64,000 nt of DNA from a phage. Below, piece by piece: positions 59,284 to 64,000 of this stretch (its first letter is position 1; each line of letters opens with the position of its first letter). The DNA lies in NCBI GenBank assembly GCA_017686895.1, contig GCA_017686895.1_4521.1; one strand, given 5' to 3'. The notes beneath the pieces are model-generated. The model was given only the letters and a program-made list of their open reading frames with translations, was not told where the DNA came from and searched no databases. The translations under genes were made by a program, and so were the position numbers.

Positions 59284-59532
59284 ATGATTTTACGTTTTAT
59301 TAATTCATATGGCACCACAATTTTTGAAATGAAAAATCCAAGTGAACTGGATATCCCTTCACCAAATAGTGAAATCACAGTTAAAGGTGAACGATTCATT
59401 TGCCATTCACACGAACGAATTTATGAATATCGTGAATTTTGTGGTGGTTACGGTATGGAAAAAGAACCATTGGTTTATTTCGATATCACGGTCTTGACAC
59501 CTAAAGAATATGAAGAATTGGAACGTAACTAA
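59284..59532 (+). CDS. Hypothetical protein
   Basis: 82 aa from ATG 59284, directly after the td stop. Confidence 0.4.
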   Translation: MILRFINSYGTTIFEMKNPSELDIPSPNSEITVKGERFICHSHERIYEYREFCGGYGMEKEPLVYFDITVLTPKEYEELERN

Positions 59533-59750
59533 TGGGTATCAATATTCGTATTGTTCGTAAAGGACATGGTAGTAAAAAGGTGTTAGCTGAACTTTATAAT
59601 GCTAATCCTCTTGAGCTCCCTATTAAAACTGAGACAATTAATGTTGACGGCTTTGAAGAGAGAGAGTTCTCTCTGTTACAAAGGTGTATGAATATAATAA
59701 GCATAATCTTTTGGATAATGTTTATGACTGTTGGTTTGAGGTTGACGTAA
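59532..59750 (+). CDS. Hypothetical protein
   Basis: 72-aa ORF, TAATG coupling. Confidence 0.4.
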   Translation: MGINIRIVRKGHGSKKVLAELYNANPLELPIKTETINVDGFEEREFSLLQRCMNIISIIFWIMFMTVGLRLT

Positions 59751-59751
59751 C

Positions 59752-60057
59752 ATGAAAATATGCCGCGTAGTGAATAAATACAAATCAGATTTTGATGTTA
59801 ATATTCACCGTGGCACATTCTGGGGAAATTATGTAGGCAAGGATGCCTCTTCTCGAGAAGAAGCTATTGAGCTTTTCAAAAAGGATTTTATTAAAAGAAT
59901 TAGAAGTGGAGAAATCACAAAAGCTCATCTTGAACCTTTACGTGGGATGCGATTAGGATGCACATGTAAACCAAAAGCCTGTCATGGTGATATAATAGCT
60001 CTAGTGGTTAATAAACTTTTTAAAGATGAATTTAATATAGAGGACATATGCAAGTAA
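59752..60057 (+). CDS. Hypothetical protein with CxC...CHGD motif
   Basis: 101-aa ORF; LGCTCKPKACHGD. Confidence 0.45.
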   Translation: MKICRVVNKYKSDFDVNIHRGTFWGNYVGKDASSREEAIELFKKDFIKRIRSGEITKAHLEPLRGMRLGCTCKPKACHGDIIALVVNKLFKDEFNIEDICK

Positions 60058-62303
60058 CTAAGAGCAGTGGTGTATCCCAAAATTTTGATGCACAGAAAAT
60101 TATTCAAGTCTTAACTTGGCAGTGTGAAGGAACACAAATCGACCCATACGAATTGTATGAAGAAATTAAGACTCATCTGGTTGATGGGATGAGCACCAAA
60201 GATATCCAGAAGATTTGTATTAAAGTTGCAGCTAACTTGATTTCTGTCGAAGAACCTGACTATCAATATGTTGCCGCTAAAGGATTAATGTTTGCACTTC
60301 GTAAAGATGTGTATGGGCAGTTTGAACCGCCTGCTTTTATCGACCATATTTCTTACTGTGTTAATGAAGGCAAATATGACCCTGAGCTGTTGTCTCAGTA
60401 TTCAGCAGAAGAAATCATTTATCTCGATTCACAGATTAAACATGAACGAGACTTTGACTTGACTTATGCTGGTGCTATGCAGCTTAAAGAAAAATACCTG
60501 GTTAAAGATAAAACAACCGGTAAGATTTATGAAACTCCGCAGTTTGCTATCATGGCTATTGGCATGGCCTTACACCAAGACGAAACTCATGACCGTTTGA
60601 AACATATTATTCGTTTTTATGATGCTGTTTCTACTCATCAAGTTTCATTGCCTACTCCAATTATGGCAGGTGCTCGTACTCCAACTCGCCAGTTCTCTAG
60701 TTGTGTAGTTATTGAAGCCGGTGATTCGTTAAAATCTATTAACAAAACTTCAGCATCAATTATTGAATATATTTCTAAACGAGCTGGTATTGGTATCAAC
60801 GTTGGTATGCTTCGTGCAGAAGGTTCTAAGATTGGTATGGGTGAAGTTCGACATACAGGTGTTATTCCATTCTGGAAACATTTCCAAACTGCAGTAAAAT
60901 CTTGTTCTCAAGGTGGTATTCGTGGTGGTGCTGCTACAGCGTATTATCCGATGTGGCACTTAGAAGTAGAGAACCTATTAGTTCTGAAAAATAACAAAGG
61001 TGTGGATGAAAACCGTATTCGACATATGGACTATGGAATTCAGATTAATGACCTCATGATGGAACGCCTTGGCAAAAATGATTATATTACTTTATTTAGC
61101 CCTCACGAAATGTCAGGCGAACTATATTACTCGTTCTTTGAAGATCAAGATAAATTCCGTGAGCTTTATGAGAAAGCTGAAAAAGACCCAACAATCAGAA
61201 AGAAAAGAATCAAAGCACTAGAACTCTTTGAATTGTTCATGACTGAACGTTCTGGTACTGCTCGAATTTATCCACAGTTTGTTGATAACACGAATAACTA
61301 CACTCCATTTATTCGTGAAAAAGCTCCAATTCGTCAGAGTAACTTATGTTGTGAAATCGCTATTCCAACTAATGATGTGAATGGCCCTGATGCTGAAATT
61401 GGTTTATGCACGTTATCTGCTTTTGTATTAGATAAATTTGATTGGCAAGACCAAGATAAAATTAATGAACTTGCTGAAGTACAAGTACGTGCACTTGATA
61501 ACCTGTTAGACTATCAAGACTATCCGGTTCCAGAAGCTTTAAAAGCCAAAAAGCGTCGAAATCTCGGTGTTGGTGTGACGAACTATGCTGCATGGTTAGC
61601 TTCTAACTTTGCTTCATACGAAGATGCTAACGATTTGACTCATGAATTGTTTGAGAGATTACAATATGGCCTTATCAAAGCGTCAATCAAACTTGCCAAA
61701 GAAAAAGGACGTTGCGAGTATTATTCAGACACTAAATGGTCTCGAGGCGAATTACCTATCGACTGGTACAATAAAAAGATTGACCAAATCGCAGCCCCAA
61801 ACTATGTATGTGATTGGGAAGAACTACGAGCCGAACTTAAAGAACACGGGATTCGTAACAGTACACTCAGTGCTCTCATGCCATGCGAATCAAGCAGCCA
61901 GGTCTCAAATAGCACAAATGGTATTGAACCACCTCGTGGCCCAGTAAGTATTAAAGAATCTAAAGAAGGTAATTTCCGTCAAGTAGTTCCTAATATTGAA
62001 CACAACATGGGTCTTTATGACTATGCGTGGAAACTCGCTAAGAAAGGTAATAAGCCTTATCTGACACAAGTTGTTATCATGTTAAAATGGGTGTGCCAAT
62101 CTGCTTCTGCTAATACATACTACGACCCTTCAGTCTTTGAGAAAGGCAAAGTGCCAATGTCTGTAATGCTTGATGACTTGCTTTACTTCTGGTACTTTGG
62201 TGGTAAGAACCTTTACTATCATAACACTCGAGATGGTTCTGGTACAGATGACTATGAGTTAGAAACGCCTAAAGCTGAAGATTGCTCCGCTTGTAAGCTT
62301 TAA
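60048..62303 (+). CDS. nrdA: Ribonucleotide reductase class Ia large subunit
   Basis: 751 aa; catalytic NLCCEI motif and C-terminal Cys pair (CSACKL). Confidence 0.95.
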   Translation: MQVTKSSGVSQNFDAQKIIQVLTWQCEGTQIDPYELYEEIKTHLVDGMSTKDIQKICIKVAANLISVEEPDYQYVAAKGLMFALRKDVYGQFEPPAFIDHISYCVNEGKYDPELLSQYSAEEIIYLDSQIKHERDFDLTYAGAMQLKEKYLVKDKTTGKIYETPQFAIMAIGMALHQDETHDRLKHIIRFYDAVSTHQVSLPTPIMAGARTPTRQFSSCVVIEAGDSLKSINKTSASIIEYISKRAGIGINVGMLRAEGSKIGMGEVRHTGVIPFWKHFQTAVKSCSQGGIRGGAATAYYPMWHLEVENLLVLKNNKGVDENRIRHMDYGIQINDLMMERLGKNDYITLFSPHEMSGELYYSFFEDQDKFRELYEKAEKDPTIRKKRIKALELFELFMTERSGTARIYPQFVDNTNNYTPFIREKAPIRQSNLCCEIAIPTNDVNGPDAEIGLCTLSAFVLDKFDWQDQDKINELAEVQVRALDNLLDYQDYPVPEALKAKKRRNLGVGVTNYAAWLASNFASYEDANDLTHELFERLQYGLIKASIKLAKEKGRCEYYSDTKWSRGELPIDWYNKKIDQIAAPNYVCDWEELRAELKEHGIRNSTLSALMPCESSSQVSNSTNGIEPPRGPVSIKESKEGNFRQVVPNIEHNMGLYDYAWKLAKKGNKPYLTQVVIMLKWVCQSASANTYYDPSVFEKGKVPMSVMLDDLLYFWYFGGKNLYYHNTRDGSGTDDYELETPKAEDCSACKL

Positions 62304-62353
62304 GAATTTTGTTTATAATTGACTCATGGATGAGTCACTATTGAGAGAATATA

Positions 62354-63532
62354 ATGAGTACAGTTTTTAATACCCAAAAAGTTGATGTTTTGAATGAACC
62401 AATGTTCTTTGGTTCTGGTCTTGGCCTTGCGCGTTACGATATTCAACGCCATAAAGTTTTTGAAGAGCTTATTGAAAAGCAATTGTCGTTTTTTTGGCGC
62501 CCTGAAGAGGTAAACTTGATGTTGGACTCTGCGCAGTTCAATAAGCTTCCACAGTTCCAACAGAACATCTTTACGAACAACCTTAAGTATCAATCATTAT
62601 TGGATTCTATCCAAGGCAGGGCACCATCTGCGGTACTTATGGCATTACTTTCCGACCCTTCATTAGATACATGGGTTGCTACATGGACATTCAGTGAAAC
62701 CATTCACTCTCGTTCATATACTCATATCATGCGAAATCTTTATACTGATCCATCGAAGGTATTTGATGAGATTGTATTAGATGAAGCAATTATGAAACGT
62801 GCGGAATCCATTGGACGTTATTATGATGACGTTCTGATTAAAACCCGTGAATGGGAAAATGCTAAAGAAATTTTTAAACGTTTTTCCGAAAATGAATATG
62901 ATTTAGATGCATATTCAAATAGTCTTATGCACATGGAAGAATGTAAACATGACCTAATGAAGTCTCTTTATCTCTGTTTGCATGTTATCAACGCCTTAGA
63001 AGCTATTCGTTTTTATGTATCATTTGCATGTACTTTCAACTTCCATAAAAATATGGAAATTATGGAAGGCAATGCAAAGATTATGAAGTTCATTGCTCGT
63101 GACGAACAACTCCATCTCAAGGGTACTCAGTACATTATCCGTCAACTTCAATCTGGTACTGACGGTGATGAGTGGGTTCAAATTGCTAAAGAATGTGAAC
63201 AAGAAGCAGTTGACATTTTTATGGAAGTAAATAGTCAAGAGAAGGAATGGGCTGCACACCTTTTTAAAGATGGTACATGTCCGGGTATCAATACTCAGAG
63301 TATGTGTGCTTTTGTTGATTACTTGACTGTGTCTCGTATGAAACAGTGCGGTTTGCCATGCCCAATCACTGACGCTCCGACCAAGCATCCGTATCCTTGG
63401 ATTCGTGAATATCTGAACTCTGATTTAGTTCAAGCAGCTCCTCAGGAAGTTGAAATCAGTTCTTATCTTGTTGCACAAATTGATAATGATGTAGACCAAA
63501 ATGTAATCAATTCATACAAAAAATATTTCTAA
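62354..63532 (+). CDS. nrdB: Ribonucleotide reductase class Ia small subunit (uninterrupted)
   Basis: 392 aa; di-iron/tyrosyl radical motifs; single continuous ORF. Confidence 0.95.
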   Translation: MSTVFNTQKVDVLNEPMFFGSGLGLARYDIQRHKVFEELIEKQLSFFWRPEEVNLMLDSAQFNKLPQFQQNIFTNNLKYQSLLDSIQGRAPSAVLMALLSDPSLDTWVATWTFSETIHSRSYTHIMRNLYTDPSKVFDEIVLDEAIMKRAESIGRYYDDVLIKTREWENAKEIFKRFSENEYDLDAYSNSLMHMEECKHDLMKSLYLCLHVINALEAIRFYVSFACTFNFHKNMEIMEGNAKIMKFIARDEQLHLKGTQYIIRQLQSGTDGDEWVQIAKECEQEAVDIFMEVNSQEKEWAAHLFKDGTCPGINTQSMCAFVDYLTVSRMKQCGLPCPITDAPTKHPYPWIREYLNSDLVQAAPQEVEISSYLVAQIDNDVDQNVINSYKKYF

Positions 63533-63535
63533 GGA

Positions 63536-63551
63536 CGGGACTTCGGTCCCA
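63536..63551 (+). other. UUCG-tetraloop hairpin after nrdB (CGGGAC-TTCG-GTCCCA)
   Basis: Perfect stem; weak U-tract. Confidence 0.5.
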
Positions 63552-63558
63552 CTTTATT

Positions 63559-63969
63559 ATGAAAGATATTGCCGCCGAATATTCCTTTATTAAATATACA
63601 GAATTGGAGCTATTAGAAGATGCAACAATTAAAACAGTCGACGTCCCTAATAAGAAAAATGTCATATACGCTATTGCTATAGATGACGAACTTTTGTATA
63701 TTGGTAAAACCAAGAATTTAAAGAAACGCATTAACTATTATCGAACAGCCATAAATCGAAAAGACCAGACTTCAGATTCAAGAAAATCACTTATGATTTT
63801 GGATGCCTTAATGCAAGGCAAAAAGGTTGAATTCTGGGCCCGCCAATGTTTTGACCTTTCAGTCACTAACGAACTTGGTTCAATGACCATTGCAACAATG
63901 GACCTTGAAGAACCACTTTTTATCAAAAAGTTCAACCCGCCTTGGAATATCCAACATAAGAAAAAGTAG
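63559..63969 (+). CDS. denA: Endonuclease II DenA (GIY-YIG nuclease)
   Basis: 136 aa, same length as T4 EndoII; VIYAIAID...LLYIGKTKNLKKRI GIY-YIG motif; position after nrdB. Confidence 0.75.
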   Translation: MKDIAAEYSFIKYTELELLEDATIKTVDVPNKKNVIYAIAIDDELLYIGKTKNLKKRINYYRTAINRKDQTSDSRKSLMILDALMQGKKVEFWARQCFDLSVTNELGSMTIATMDLEEPLFIKKFNPPWNIQHKKK

Positions 63970-64000
63970 TTTACATACCACAAGGATTGTGGTACAATTT

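Overview
This window is a T-even (T4-like) phage segment; the 903-aa DNA polymerase and the gene order match my recollection of phage RB69 or a very close relative. Identifications rest on recalled T4/RB69 protein sequences and motifs, not on a database search. The + strand runs in the early-transcription direction and is syntenic with T4: 44(partial)-62-regA-43, a sugar-nucleotide cassette, a 42-like hydroxymethylase, uvsX-40-41, a small-gene islet, 61-56-soc, two ADP-ribosyltransferases, dda-dexA, 39 (single unsplit ORF), a glycosyltransferase, rIIA-rIIB, ndd-52-motA-asiA. The long tail fiber module t-38-37-36-35-34 lies on the - strand (42646-53087). The + strand then continues rnh-dsbA-33-59-32-frd-td-nrdA-nrdB-denA. 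The most interesting content is the four-gene cassette at 4202-8306, which appears to encode synthesis of an activated arabinose donor, together with the unlinked glycosyltransferase at 31002-32102; this fits the arabinosyl-hmC DNA modification I recall being reported for RB69. Recurring regulatory structure includes GTTTAC-N17/18-TATxxT early promoters (several with an inverted repeat that would sequester the downstream Shine-Dalgarno in read-through RNA), a family of UUCG-tetraloop hairpins, TATAAATA late promoters, and the gene 43 and gene 32 translational operator regions. No tRNA, rRNA, CRISPR array, intron or transposable element was seen.
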